DNA from: an uncultured delta proteobacterium
GTDB taxonomy: Bacteria; Myxococcota_A; Polyangia; Polyangiales; Polyangiaceae
Reading direction: 5' to 3'
Length of the DNA: 64,000 bases
NCBI GenBank assembly: GCA_963841435.1
Contig: CAWJCS010000002.1
Coordinates: forward strand, 96,001 to 160,000
This document shows, one piece after another, positions 21,969 to 31,769 of the stretch; position 1 is the stretch's first letter; each line of letters starts with the position of its first letter. The position numbers and the translations under genes were made by a program. Under the pieces are notes generated by a model that did not search any database, was not told the DNA's origin, and saw only the letters and a program-made list of their open reading frames with translations.

Positions 21969-22783
21969 TGGCGACGCTCGCCACGATCGCCTTTTACCTC
22001 GGGGTGATCGCGTATTCGGCGGCGTCGACGCTGTTCTTCCTCGACATCGCGCGGCGCGACGCTTCGGTGGTCCGCTCGATCTGGGCGCCGCGTTTGCTCG
22101 CCGTGGCGGCGGGCCTGCACGCGCTCCACGTCGTCGCGGCGAGCCTGCTCTCGCGGCTCTGCCCCGTGGAGTCGTTGCACTTCGGGTTGAGCTTCAGCGC
22201 GCTGTGCGCTGTGTCCGTGTTCCTCGTGCTCCATCGGCGCACGAACCTGTTCGCGGCGGGCGCCATCGTCGCGCCGACGGCGCTCACCTTCCTGGTCGGT
22301 GCCCAGTTCGTGGCGACCGACGCCGGAAAGGAGGGCGACATCTCGCGCTCGCTGCTCGCCTTCCACATTGCGGCCAACGTGCTCGGCGTGGGCCTGTTCG
22401 TCGTCGCGGGCGCGTCGGGAGTGCTCTATCTCTTCCAGGAGCGTCGCCTGCGGCACAAGCTCGTCGGCGGCGCGCGCCTGCCCTCGCTCGACGCGCTCGA
22501 CCGCGTGACGCACCGGCTGCTCGTCGCGGGCTTTCCGCTCCTCACGTTCGGCGTCGTCACGGGAGCCGTGTTCGCGCGGCAGCTCGAGAGCTCCGGAGGC
22601 GCCGCGCTGGCGCGTACGGTGTTCGGGTTCACGACCTGGCTCGTGCTCGCGGGGGTGCTCGTCGCCCGGCGCGTCGCGGGGGTGCGGGGCCGGCGCGCGG
22701 CCTACGGCACGCTCGCTGGGGTCCTCTGCGTTCTGCTCGTCGTGCTCGTGTATGCCGTGCGCCCGGGAGGTCACGGCTCGTGA
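21968..22783 (+). CDS. Cytochrome c assembly (CcsA/YpjD/HemX-like) membrane protein
   Basis: About 8 TM helices, LAFHIAAN, LYLFQERRLRHK...LPSLDALDR, GFPLLTFGVVTG; directly upstream of hemA. Confidence 0.85.
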   Translation: MATLATIAFYLGVIAYSAASTLFFLDIARRDASVVRSIWAPRLLAVAAGLHALHVVAASLLSRLCPVESLHFGLSFSALCAVSVFLVLHRRTNLFAAGAIVAPTALTFLVGAQFVATDAGKEGDISRSLLAFHIAANVLGVGLFVVAGASGVLYLFQERRLRHKLVGGARLPSLDALDRVTHRLLVAGFPLLTFGVVTGAVFARQLESSGGAALARTVFGFTTWLVLAGVLVARRVAGVRGRRAAYGTLAGVLCVLLVVLVYAVRPGGHGS

Positions 22784-24165
22784 TCACGCTCGTGGGGCTC
22801 TCCCACAAGAGCGCGCCCATCGACGTGCGCGAACGCTTCGCGTTGCCCAAGGAGCGCGTTCCGGAGTTTTTGCTCGAGCTCGTCGGTCGCCCCGAGGTCG
22901 GCGAAGCGCTGCTCGTCTCGACCTGCAACCGCGTGGAGCTCCTCGCGGCGGCGCGCGCGGGCAGCGACCTCGAGCTCGTCGCGGCGTCCTGTCGCGACGC
23001 GTTGCGCGTGCTCGCCCCCGACGCGCCGCCGGACGCGCTGTACTCGCTCACCGGTCCCGAGGCGGTGCGGCACCTGTTCGGCGTCGCGGCGTCGCTCGAG
23101 TCGCTCGTGCTCGGCGAGCCGCAGATCCTCGGCCAGGTGAAGGACGCCTACGAGGTCGCTCGGCGCGCCGGCACGGTGGGCGCGGTGCTTCACCGCGTTT
23201 TGGCGCGCGCCATCCACGCCGCCAAGCTCGTCCGCTCCCAGACGGGCGTGGGCTCGGGGCAGGTCTCCGTGCCCACCGTGGCGACCGAGCTCGCCCGCCG
23301 CATCTTCGGTGAGCTCCGGGGCCACGCCGTGCTCTTGATCGGCTCGGGCGAGATGGCGGAGGCCGTGGCGCGGCTGCTCGCTGCGGCAGGCGCGCGGCTC
23401 TTCGTGATCGGTCGCACGCCGGAGAAAGTGAAAGCGCTCGCCGACGCGGTCGGCGGCGAGCCGCGCGAGCTCGGCGACCTCGTGGCGACGCTGCCCGAGG
23501 TCGACATCGTCATCAGCAGCACGAGCGCGCCAAGCTTCGTGATCGAGCGCGAGCCGGTCGCGCGGGCGCGCCGCTCGCGGCGCGGGCGGAGCCAGTTCTA
23601 CGTCAACCTCGCCGTGCCGCGCGACGTGGACCCCGCCATCGAAACGCTCGACGGCGTGTTCCTCTACAACATCGACGATCTTTCGCGCGTCGTGTCCGAG
23701 TCGCTCGCCTCGCGCTGGCGCGAGGCGGAGCGCGCCCAGGCCATCATCGACGCCGAGGCCAAGAGCTTCGATCGTTGGGTCGACGCCGAGCAGGCGACGC
23801 CGACCATCGTCGCATTGCGCGCGCACATCCGCGGCTCTCTGCGCACCGAGCTCGAGCGCAGCCTCGGCGGGCGGCTCCGGCATCTGGGCGGCCCCGAGCG
23901 CGCCGCCCTCGAAACCATGCTCGAGGCGGCCGTGAATCGCATCCTGCATCGTCCGACGACGCGCCTGCGACAGGCAGCCTCGCTCGATGGCTTCGACGGG
24001 CTGGCGCTGCCCGAGCTCAGCGCGGCGCTCGAAGGCCTGTTCGGGCTGGGCGAGGCCGCCGACAGTGACGCGAGCGACGCGAGTGACGCGAGCGACGCCG
24101 TGGAGGTCGACGATGCCTTCGAGCCGGCGGCGACGGGCGAGATGGCCAAGCGGAGGCTCAGCTGA
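22780..24165 (+). CDS. hemA: Glutamyl-tRNA reductase
   Basis: VGLSHKSAPIDVRERFA, STCNRVE, SLESLVLGEPQILGQVK, GSGEMA, AVPRDVDP; GTG start overlaps the upstream TGA. Confidence 0.96.
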   Translation: MITLVGLSHKSAPIDVRERFALPKERVPEFLLELVGRPEVGEALLVSTCNRVELLAAARAGSDLELVAASCRDALRVLAPDAPPDALYSLTGPEAVRHLFGVAASLESLVLGEPQILGQVKDAYEVARRAGTVGAVLHRVLARAIHAAKLVRSQTGVGSGQVSVPTVATELARRIFGELRGHAVLLIGSGEMAEAVARLLAAAGARLFVIGRTPEKVKALADAVGGEPRELGDLVATLPEVDIVISSTSAPSFVIEREPVARARRSRRGRSQFYVNLAVPRDVDPAIETLDGVFLYNIDDLSRVVSESLASRWREAERAQAIIDAEAKSFDRWVDAEQATPTIVALRAHIRGSLRTELERSLGGRLRHLGGPERAALETMLEAAVNRILHRPTTRLRQAASLDGFDGLALPELSAALEGLFGLGEAADSDASDASDASDAVEVDDAFEPAATGEMAKRRLS

Positions 24166-25067
24166 TGGTGGATCGCGTCGTCTACGCCACGCGCAAGAGC
24201 GCGCTCGCGCTCGCGCAGTCGCGCGCGCTGCTCGAGCGCCTCGCCACGTTCCACCCCGGGCTTGAAATCGTGGAGCTTACCGTCACCACGACGGGCGATC
24301 GGATTCAGGATCGCTCGCTCACCGAGATTGGCGGCAAGGGCTTGTTCGTCAAAGAGATCGAGGAAGCGCTCGTGGAGCGCCGCGCCGACGCCGCCGTGCA
24401 CTCGCTCAAGGACGTGCCCGCCGAGCTCATGCCCGGCCTCCACCTCGGTTGCATTCCCGAACGAGAGGACGCGCGAGACGTGCTCGTGACGCGGGGCGGC
24501 GAACGGCTCGCCGAGCTACCCGCGGGCAGCCGCATCGGCACAACGTCGCTGCGGCGCGCCATCCAGCTCAAGGCGGTGCGCCCCGACATCGAAATCGTGC
24601 CGCTGCGCGGTAACGTCGATACGCGCATCCGGCGCTGCCGCGAGGGGGTGGTCGACGCCGTCGTGCTCGCTCGCGCGGGGCTCCTCAGGCTCGGGCGGGA
24701 GGGCGAGGCGACCGAGATCCTCTCGCCCGAGGTGTCGCTTCCGGCCGTCGGGCAGGGGGCGCTCGCCGTGGAGCTTCGCACGGAGGATCGAAAAAGCGCC
24801 GGCTGGTTCGCGCCGCTCGCCCATCACGAGACGGGTGTCGCCGTGGCGGCCGAACGCGGGGTCCTCTTCGCCGTCGGCGGGAGCTGCCAGACGCCCATCG
24901 CCGCCCATGCGGTCCGCGCCGGGGGGATGCTGGAGCTCCGGGCGCTGCTCGCGGAACCGGACGGCTCGCGGCTCCGCCGCGGCGAGCGGCGTGTTGTTTT
25001 TCCCGAGAACGAAGCCGAAGCGACGCGCCTCGGCCGCGATCTCGGTCAGGAGCTTTCCGCACGCTGA
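24165..25067 (+). CDS. hemC: Hydroxymethylbilane synthase (porphobilinogen deaminase)
   Basis: ATRKSALALAQS, GGKGLFVKEIE, AVHSLKDVP, GTTSLRR, LRGNVDTR, GGSCQTPI. Confidence 0.97.
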   Translation: MVDRVVYATRKSALALAQSRALLERLATFHPGLEIVELTVTTTGDRIQDRSLTEIGGKGLFVKEIEEALVERRADAAVHSLKDVPAELMPGLHLGCIPEREDARDVLVTRGGERLAELPAGSRIGTTSLRRAIQLKAVRPDIEIVPLRGNVDTRIRRCREGVVDAVVLARAGLLRLGREGEATEILSPEVSLPAVGQGALAVELRTEDRKSAGWFAPLAHHETGVAVAAERGVLFAVGGSCQTPIAAHAVRAGGMLELRALLAEPDGSRLRRGERRVVFPENEAEATRLGRDLGQELSAR

Positions 25068-25183
25068 AGAGAGCCGCTCCCCTGGTTCGCTCCCGCCCGG
25101 CAGGCCGGGTCGAGGCGGGGCGTTTCGGGGGCTTTCGATGGGCGCGGGGGTGGTGGTAAGGTCCCGCCCTCTACGAGGCCCCC

Positions 25184-25795
25184 ATGTCACTCAGAATGCT
25201 CTCTCGATGGGTTGGTATCGCAGCGGTCGGTGTGCCGCTGCTTTTCACGGTGGCTTGCGGCAGCAAGGACGAGGTGAAGCACGCGACCGTGCAAGCCGGG
25301 TCCATGCCCGAGGGCGGCGAGTGGCAGGGCGTCTACTACAGCCCCCTGTACGGGTATCTTCACATCATCGCCGACGGCAAGGCGGTCAACGGCGCCTGGC
25401 GTACCGCTGCCGGCGATCGCTTCGGTGAGCTCGCAGGCGAGGTCGACGGAAACCTGCTGCGCTACGAATGGAAGGAACGTCGCATCGGTGCCGTCGGCGC
25501 CGACGCCGTCAAGACGGGCAAGGGCTACTTCGTCTACTCGGTTCCGAAGGCCGGTGAGGCGCACCAGATCAAGGGCGAGTGGGGCCTTGGCGAGAGCGAC
25601 GCCGGCAACACCTGGGAAGCCATCAAGCAGACGAACATGCCGCCCGACCTCAAGAGCGTTCAGCCCGACGAGTACGAAGGCCGCGTGAGCGGCGGCGGTT
25701 GGGATCAAGGCGAAGGCGCAGGCGAAGGCAGCGGCGACTCGGGCAGCAGCGACGATTCGGGCAGCAGCGACGACTCGGGCGGCGAGCTGAAGTAG
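25184..25795 (+). CDS. Hypothetical lipoprotein
   Basis: Lipobox FTVAC, beta-rich body (WQGVYYSPLYG...GEWG), acidic Gly/Ser tail with 18-nt tandem repeats (DSGSSD). Confidence 0.75.
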   Translation: MSLRMLSRWVGIAAVGVPLLFTVACGSKDEVKHATVQAGSMPEGGEWQGVYYSPLYGYLHIIADGKAVNGAWRTAAGDRFGELAGEVDGNLLRYEWKERRIGAVGADAVKTGKGYFVYSVPKAGEAHQIKGEWGLGESDAGNTWEAIKQTNMPPDLKSVQPDEYEGRVSGGGWDQGEGAGEGSGDSGSSDDSGSSDDSGGELK

Positions 25796-25808
25796 CGCCG
25801 GGGCCAAC

Positions 25809-27311
25809 GTGCCGAACGACGCAGCCCAGGGGCTCGAGTGGATCGAGCCCCCGATCTTCGAGCGCGGCGCGCCCGGACGCAGCGGCGTGTCGCTCGGACC
25901 TTCCGACGTCCCCGCCGTCGACCCTCGCGCGGCGCTCGGCGAGCTTTTACGGGTCGACCCGGCGGCGCTGCCCGAGGTGAGCGAGCCCGAGGCCATCCGA
26001 CACTTCGTGCGACTCAGCCAGTACAACTTCAGCATCGACACGCAGTTCTATCCGCTGGGCTCGTGCACCATGAAGCACAACCCGAAGGTCAACGAGTGGG
26101 CCGCGCGCTTGCCGGGCTACGCCAAAGCGCACCCGCTGATGCCGCCGCCCACGATCCAGGGCGCGCTAAAGCTCATGGTCGCGCTGCAGGCCATGATCGG
26201 CGAGATCGTCGGCATGGACGGCGTGTGCCTGCAGCCGGCCGCGGGCGCCCAGGGTGAGCTCACGGGGCTCATGATGATCCGCGCGCATCACCGAGCCGAG
26301 GGGCGCTCCCCGCGCAAGGTGTTCATCCCCGACAGCGCCCACGGCACGAACCCGGCGAGCTCGAACCTCAACGGCTTCGAATCCGTGGCGTTTCCGGCGG
26401 GGCCCGCCGGCGTGGTCGAGCCGGCGACGCTCGCCGCCGCGCTCGAGTCGGCCCCGGGCGATGTCGCGGCGCTCATGATCACGAACCCGAATACCCTCGG
26501 CCTCTACGAACAGGCCATGCCGCAGCTCGCCGAGCTCGTCCACGCCCGCGGTGGCCTCGTCTACGGTGACGGTGCAAACCTCAACGCCGTGCTCGGCCGC
26601 GCCCGCCCGGGTGACGCGGGCGTCGACGTGCTCCAGTTGAACCTCCATAAGACCTTCACGACGCCGCACGGCGGGGGCGGGCCCGGCTCCGGCCCGGTGG
26701 CCTTCAAGGGCGTGCTCGAGCCCTACCAGCCGATTCCCGTGGTGCGCGCCGACGGCGAGCGCGTCGTCGTGGACCACGATCGGCCCGCGAGCGTCGGTCG
26801 CGTGCGCTCGTTCTTCGGCAACTTCGGCATGATGGTGCGCGCGTACGCGTACATCCGCGAGCTCGGTCCCGAGGGCCTTTCGGCCGTCACGAACTACGCC
26901 GTGCTCAACGCACGCTACATCGCCGCGCGGCTCCGCGAGCACTACCCGCTCGCCGTCGCCACGCCGTCGTTGCACGAGGCCGTGTTCACCGATCGCGACC
27001 TCGAAGCCGCGACGGGCGTGAAGACGCTCGATATCGCCAAGCGCCTGATCGACTACGGCGTGCACCCGCCCACGGTGTACTTTCCACTCGTCGTGCGCGG
27101 CGCGCTGATGGTCGAGCCCACGGAGACGGAAACCAAGCAGACGCTCGACGAATTCGTGGCCGCGATGATCGCCATCGCGCGCGAGGCCCGCGAAACGCCC
27201 GACCTCGTGAAGCAGGCGCCGCACCTCACGCGTCTCGGCCGGCTCGACGAGGCGCGCGCTGCGCGGCGCCCACGCCTGCGCTGGAGCAAGCAGCCGCCGC
27301 CGCGCGCGTGA
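25809..27311 (+). CDS. gcvPB: Glycine dehydrogenase (decarboxylating) subunit 2
   Basis: YPLGSCTMKHNP, QPAAGAQGE, SAHGTNPAS, TNPNTLG, NLHKTFTTPHGGGGPG, MVEPTETE. Confidence 0.96.
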   Translation: MPNDAAQGLEWIEPPIFERGAPGRSGVSLGPSDVPAVDPRAALGELLRVDPAALPEVSEPEAIRHFVRLSQYNFSIDTQFYPLGSCTMKHNPKVNEWAARLPGYAKAHPLMPPPTIQGALKLMVALQAMIGEIVGMDGVCLQPAAGAQGELTGLMMIRAHHRAEGRSPRKVFIPDSAHGTNPASSNLNGFESVAFPAGPAGVVEPATLAAALESAPGDVAALMITNPNTLGLYEQAMPQLAELVHARGGLVYGDGANLNAVLGRARPGDAGVDVLQLNLHKTFTTPHGGGGPGSGPVAFKGVLEPYQPIPVVRADGERVVVDHDRPASVGRVRSFFGNFGMMVRAYAYIRELGPEGLSAVTNYAVLNARYIAARLREHYPLAVATPSLHEAVFTDRDLEAATGVKTLDIAKRLIDYGVHPPTVYFPLVVRGALMVEPTETETKQTLDEFVAAMIAIAREARETPDLVKQAPHLTRLGRLDEARAARRPRLRWSKQPPPRA

Positions 27312-27320
27312 GCTTGCCGC

Positions 27321-27716
27321 TCAGGGCGTTCCGAACTCGCAGGCGAGCCACTCGCCGAGCGCGCGCCGCTCGGATTGTGTGGGCCGCGGGTCGCTCGGAG
27401 GCATGAAATCGTTGGAAGCGCGTGGTCCGGACGCCGCGACCGAATCGATGTCGGCCGCGTGCTCCGCGATGCTGTCGTAGTCGTCCCAGTTGTAGCCGGC
27501 GGGTGCGTGCTGCCGGTCGGCCCCCGACTTCGTCGTGCTGTGGCAGCGGGTGCAGTAGTCGTCGAAGAACCCCTGGGCGAAACCCTCGTAGGTGAGCGTC
27601 GAGCCGGACGGGCATGCGCTGCCCGACGCAGCGTTGGACGGGCCGGCGGGCGGGTCGTCGGGGCTGCCGCACCCGTACAAACCGGCCGCGCAAATCAACG
27701 AAATGAGTGACTTCAT
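27321..27716 (-). CDS. Small monoheme c-type cytochrome lipoprotein
   Basis: Lipobox GLYGC, single CTRCH, distal FMPP and ERRALGEWLAC. Confidence 0.8.
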   Translation of the reverse strand: MKSLISLICAAGLYGCGSPDDPPAGPSNAASGSACPSGSTLTYEGFAQGFFDDYCTRCHSTTKSGADRQHAPAGYNWDDYDSIAEHAADIDSVAASGPRASNDFMPPSDPRPTQSERRALGEWLACEFGTP

Positions 27717-27867
27717 CGTGGATGTCATCCGACCGCCACGGCCGTGCGCCGATCGAGAAGCGCCCCGAAACACGGCGGAATCGGGTGCGCGGCCAGATGA
27801 CCTGGCTGGCCGAGCAATCTGAAAAAAGGCACGGCTAGGCTTTGACAGGGTTGCATCCGAGCGTAGC

Positions 27868-29280
27868 ATGCAAGACCGGATGGCCGATCCACCGCTTGCG
27901 GCAGGGCAGATCATCGGGGGTAGGTACCGCGTCGAGGCAATGATCGGGGCAGGGAGCATGGGGTACGTCGTTTCGGCGTGGCATCTCGAGCTCGACCAGC
28001 GAGTAGCACTGAAGATTTTGAACCCTGATGTCTTCGAGCGGGGCGAGGCGCTCCAGCGCTTCCGGCGGGAGGTTCGGGCCGCGGCGCGGATCCGGAGTGA
28101 GCACGTGGCTCGGGTGACCGACGTCGGGACGCTCGAGGCGGGCGAGCCCTACATGGTGATGGAGCTCCTCCAGGGCAACAACGTGGAGGAGGAGATCACT
28201 CGTCGCGGAACGATCCCGCTCACGGAGGCCGTCGGCTACGTGCTCGAGGCCATGGAGGCGGTAGCGGAGGCGCACGCCGCCGGCATCGTGCACCGTGACC
28301 TCAAGCCTGCGAACCTGTTCATCACGCGCCGCGCCGATCGCACGCGGCTCGTCAAGGTGCTCGACTTCGGCATCTCGAAATCGCTCGCCGACAGCCAGGC
28401 GTCTCACGACATGTCGCTCACCAAGACGGGCGTCATCATCGGGTCGCCGCTCTACATGTCGCCCGAGCAGATGCGCTCGACCAAGGACGCCGACGCGCGG
28501 AGCGACATCTGGGCGCTCGGAGCGATCCTCTTCCAGCTCGTGACCGGCCGCCCGCCCTACATGGGAGAGACGATCCCCGAGCTCTGCGCGCAGCTTTTCA
28601 GCGAGGACGCACCCCCGCCGAGCACGCTCAGGCGCGATCTCCCGCCCGGCCTCGATCTCATCCTCGCGCGCGCACTGGCCCGCGACCCCAAGCAGCGTTA
28701 CCAGAACGTGGCCGAGTTCGGCGAGGCGCTCGTCGAGTTCGCCCCCGCGTCGCGGATCCACGTCGAGCGCGCCCGCCGCGTGCTCTTCTCGCAGGAGGGG
28801 CCGAGCTCGGAGTGGCCCGGCAGAGACCAGGCACCGGGCGCCCCGACGATTGCCGCGTCGGTTTCGACGCTCGAGCCGCAGGGGACCACCGCCGCGATTC
28901 GGGCGCGCCGCCGCTGGCCGGCCATCGTCGCCGTCGCGGCGCTGCTCGTCATCGGTGCGTTCGTCGTGAAGCAAGTCGGGCTCGGCGCCTCGCCGAAGGT
29001 CAACCCGGCGTCGGCTCCCGCGGCGCACCCGGAGGCCCCCACCGTCGCCCCGGCGCCGCAAGGAACCGCAGCGCCACCCGCGGAAGCCACGCAACCGGTA
29101 CCGTCCGTCCCCTCGGGCTCGGCGGACGCCGCCCACGTTTCGGTCGAGCCCGTCACGGGAGCAATTCCGACCGTAAGGCCCAGCACACGCGCGCCGAACG
29201 TCTCGCGGCCCAGCACACCCGGGCCCGCCGCTCCCCCGCCGCGCACCGACGGCATTTCGGATTTCGGCGGGCGCCGCTAG
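27868..29280 (+). CDS. Membrane Ser/Thr protein kinase
   Basis: IGAGSMGYV, VALK, HRDLKPANL, DFG, GSPLYMSPEQ, DIWALG; TM helix followed by a Pro-rich tail ending FGGRR. Confidence 0.93.
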   Translation: MQDRMADPPLAAGQIIGGRYRVEAMIGAGSMGYVVSAWHLELDQRVALKILNPDVFERGEALQRFRREVRAAARIRSEHVARVTDVGTLEAGEPYMVMELLQGNNVEEEITRRGTIPLTEAVGYVLEAMEAVAEAHAAGIVHRDLKPANLFITRRADRTRLVKVLDFGISKSLADSQASHDMSLTKTGVIIGSPLYMSPEQMRSTKDADARSDIWALGAILFQLVTGRPPYMGETIPELCAQLFSEDAPPPSTLRRDLPPGLDLILARALARDPKQRYQNVAEFGEALVEFAPASRIHVERARRVLFSQEGPSSEWPGRDQAPGAPTIAASVSTLEPQGTTAAIRARRRWPAIVAVAALLVIGAFVVKQVGLGASPKVNPASAPAAHPEAPTVAPAPQGTAAPPAEATQPVPSVPSGSADAAHVSVEPVTGAIPTVRPSTRAPNVSRPSTPGPAAPPPRTDGISDFGGRR

Positions 29281-29489
29281 CCGCGGGGCGCCGCGTTCCA
29301 GAACGAGGCCAGGCGCGCTCGCCGCACCGGCTTCGCGCCCGAGCGACGCGGTACCGAGGGGCCATCGTGTCGTCTCGTCAACGCAAGGCCGATCCGGGTC
29401 GGAGGCCTGGAAACATGGCCGTTTCGCGTGGCGAGTGGCGCACGGTGCTGGACGCCGCGCCGCTGAAGTGGTGTTAGGGTCCGACCGTG

Positions 29490-30533
29490 ATGGCTTCGAG
29501 GCAACGTTGGGGGATGTTGGTGTTGGCATTAATCGTTGGGCTTTGGTCCGTGCCCGCTCTTGCGGACGCGACGGCCCAAGACAAAGCGTCCGCCGAGGCG
29601 CTCTTCGACCGAGGCGTGAAGCTGATGCACGCCGGGAAGTTCGAAGAGGCGTGTCCCAAGCTCGAGGATAGTCAGCGCATCGATCCGGGTGTCGGAACGC
29701 TGCTCTATCTCGGCGAGTGCTACGAGAAGCTCGGTCGTCCCGCGAGCGCCTGGGCGACCTTCAGGGAGGCTGCTTCCTCGGCCGAGGCCTCGGGGCAGGC
29801 ACGTCGCGCTGGGCTCGCGCGCCAGCGCATCGCGAAGCTCGAGCCGGACCTCGCGTATCTCACGCTCGACGTCGCCGAGGCGACGCGCGGGCTCGAAGGG
29901 CTCACCGTCGTACGCGACGGCGTTGACGTCGGAGCCGGCATCGTCGGCGCCGCAGTGCCCGTCGACCCCGGCACGACCACGATCGAGGTCTCCGCCCCCG
30001 GCTACCAGCCGTACACGGTGACCGTGACGGTGTCTCCGAAGTCGAAGCAATCGCTGCTCATCCCCGTGCTCGTCGCTTTGCCAAAGCCGCCCCCCGAGCC
30101 CGAGGTCGCACCGCTGCCGCCGCCCACGCCCGAGGGCACGCAGCCGCCGCTGCCGTCTCCCGCGCCCCCACCCGAAAGGGGAGCGCATCCGCTGACCGTC
30201 GCCGGGATCGCCGTGGCGGCAGCGGGCGTGGTTGGGCTCGGTATCGGTACGTATTTCGGCGTCAAGGCCATCAACGAAGACAAGAAGGCCGACGACGGCA
30301 CCTGCGACGCGACCGTCTGCCAGGCGCAGGCCGACTACGACCACTCCCAGAACGCGCGCAAGGCTGCTACCGCCGCCAACGTGGCGATTGGCATCGGGGC
30401 CGGTCTGTTCGTCGCCGGCGGCGTGCTGTTCTTCCTCGCGCCGAGCTCGGACGAGAAAGACACGGGCTCGCTGCGCATCGGGCCCACGTTCGGTCCCGGC
30501 ATGGCCGGCGTGCTCGTGAAGGGGCGGCTGTGA
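29490..30533 (+). CDS. Secreted TPR + PEGA-like domain protein
   Basis: Signal peptide, AEALFDRG...EACPKLEDSQRIDPGVGTLLYLGECYE, VPVDPG..IEVSAPGY, C-terminal hydrophobic hairpin and terminal beta-strand. Confidence 0.8.
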   Translation: MASRQRWGMLVLALIVGLWSVPALADATAQDKASAEALFDRGVKLMHAGKFEEACPKLEDSQRIDPGVGTLLYLGECYEKLGRPASAWATFREAASSAEASGQARRAGLARQRIAKLEPDLAYLTLDVAEATRGLEGLTVVRDGVDVGAGIVGAAVPVDPGTTTIEVSAPGYQPYTVTVTVSPKSKQSLLIPVLVALPKPPPEPEVAPLPPPTPEGTQPPLPSPAPPPERGAHPLTVAGIAVAAAGVVGLGIGTYFGVKAINEDKKADDGTCDATVCQAQADYDHSQNARKAATAANVAIGIGAGLFVAGGVLFFLAPSSDEKDTGSLRIGPTFGPGMAGVLVKGRL

Positions 30534-31666
30534 AAAGCGCTCGCGTCAACGCTGCACGCGGCTTCGGCGCCGCGCTCATCGCGCTCATCGCGCTCGTCAC
30601 CGCGGGCGGTTGCCAGTCGATTGCCGGGATCGAAGAGCGCGAGCTCGGACCGTGCGGCGAATTTTGCGACACGGTGATGGCAAACTGCACGGGCGAAAAT
30701 CTGGTCTACGAGACGCGTGCAAAATGCATGGGCGTGTGCCAGCTCCTGCCGATCGGCGACAGCAACGAGCCGCAGGGCACCGACACCGTGGCCTGCCGTT
30801 TCCGCGAAGCGCGGCTCGCCAACACCTCCGTGGTCGAGGACATCCCTCGACACTGCCGCTCCGCCGGCCCAGAGGGCCTCGACTGCGGCGGAACCTGCGA
30901 AAGCTACTGCTTTCTCTACGAGAAGGCGTGTAGCGAGGTGCAGTGCGGCTCCCACGAGACGTGCGTTCAGAAGTGCGAGGCGCTGCTCGACAAGCCGACC
31001 TTCAGCCTCGTCGGCGACTACGAGGGCGACACGCTGCAGTGCCGCCTGGTGCACCTGAGCAACGCCACGATCCAGCCCGACCCCCACTGCGGGCACGCGC
31101 AGATGGTGGGCCCCACGTTGCATTGTTACTGGAACTCGGGCGAGACCGACATCCCCGGGCAACCCGACGAGCCGAGCTGCGAGGACTACTGTCGCGTGAA
31201 CGGCGTGGCGTGCACGGGCACGAGCGCGGTCTACGAGAGCCCCGAGCAGTGCATGGCACTCTGCGAGCACTTCGACCCGGGTGATTTCTCCGACACGTTG
31301 CAGAACACCCGCGGCTGCCGCATCTACCACTCGTACAACGGGCTCTGCGCGCCGGCGACGCACTGCCCCCATGCCGGGCCCCCGGGTGACGGACACTGCG
31401 GCGACGAGGACACGGGCAACTGCGATTCCTACTGCCACCTCGCGGCCGACATCTGTCCGAAGGAGTTCGACGACTCGTTCACCGACGAGGCGGACTGTCT
31501 CGCATCGTGCGCCAACGTCAACGGTGCCAAGAAGGACAGCGGCTACACCATTGCCGAGGCCAAGAAGGGCGGCGACAACCTCGCCTGCCGTTTCCTCGCC
31601 CTGAGCCGCGCGGCGCTCGACGATGCCGAGTGCGACGCGGCTTTCGGCGGCGATCCCTGCAACTAG
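30530..31666 (+). CDS. Cys-rich lipoprotein
   Basis: Lipobox AGGC; repeated CxxYC...C...Y....CxxxC...GDT..CR..H....HCxHA units; GTGA overlap with the upstream gene. Confidence 0.8.
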   Translation: MKSARVNAARGFGAALIALIALVTAGGCQSIAGIEERELGPCGEFCDTVMANCTGENLVYETRAKCMGVCQLLPIGDSNEPQGTDTVACRFREARLANTSVVEDIPRHCRSAGPEGLDCGGTCESYCFLYEKACSEVQCGSHETCVQKCEALLDKPTFSLVGDYEGDTLQCRLVHLSNATIQPDPHCGHAQMVGPTLHCYWNSGETDIPGQPDEPSCEDYCRVNGVACTGTSAVYESPEQCMALCEHFDPGDFSDTLQNTRGCRIYHSYNGLCAPATHCPHAGPPGDGHCGDEDTGNCDSYCHLAADICPKEFDDSFTDEADCLASCANVNGAKKDSGYTIAEAKKGGDNLACRFLALSRAALDDAECDAAFGGDPCN

Positions 31667-31672
31667 GACCCC

Positions 31673-31695
31673 AACCCGGATCGAAGATCCGGGTT
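31673..31695. terminator. Perfect 10-bp stem hairpin between convergent genes
   Basis: AACCCGGATC-gaa-GATCCGGGTT, 7 nt after the stop at 31666; lacks a clear U-tract. Confidence 0.55.
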
Positions 31696-31769
31696 CGTCG
31701 GCGAGCACGGGCGCGTCGGGGCGCGGGCAGCGCCCGCTTCGACGCTACTTGTCTGCGCGAAACTCGCCG

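Noticed and set aside
30530-31666. Multiheme cytochrome call for the Cys/His-rich lipoprotein
   Set aside because: Only a single CDSYCH-type spacing and no canonical CxxCH; better explained as a disulfide-rich repeat protein.
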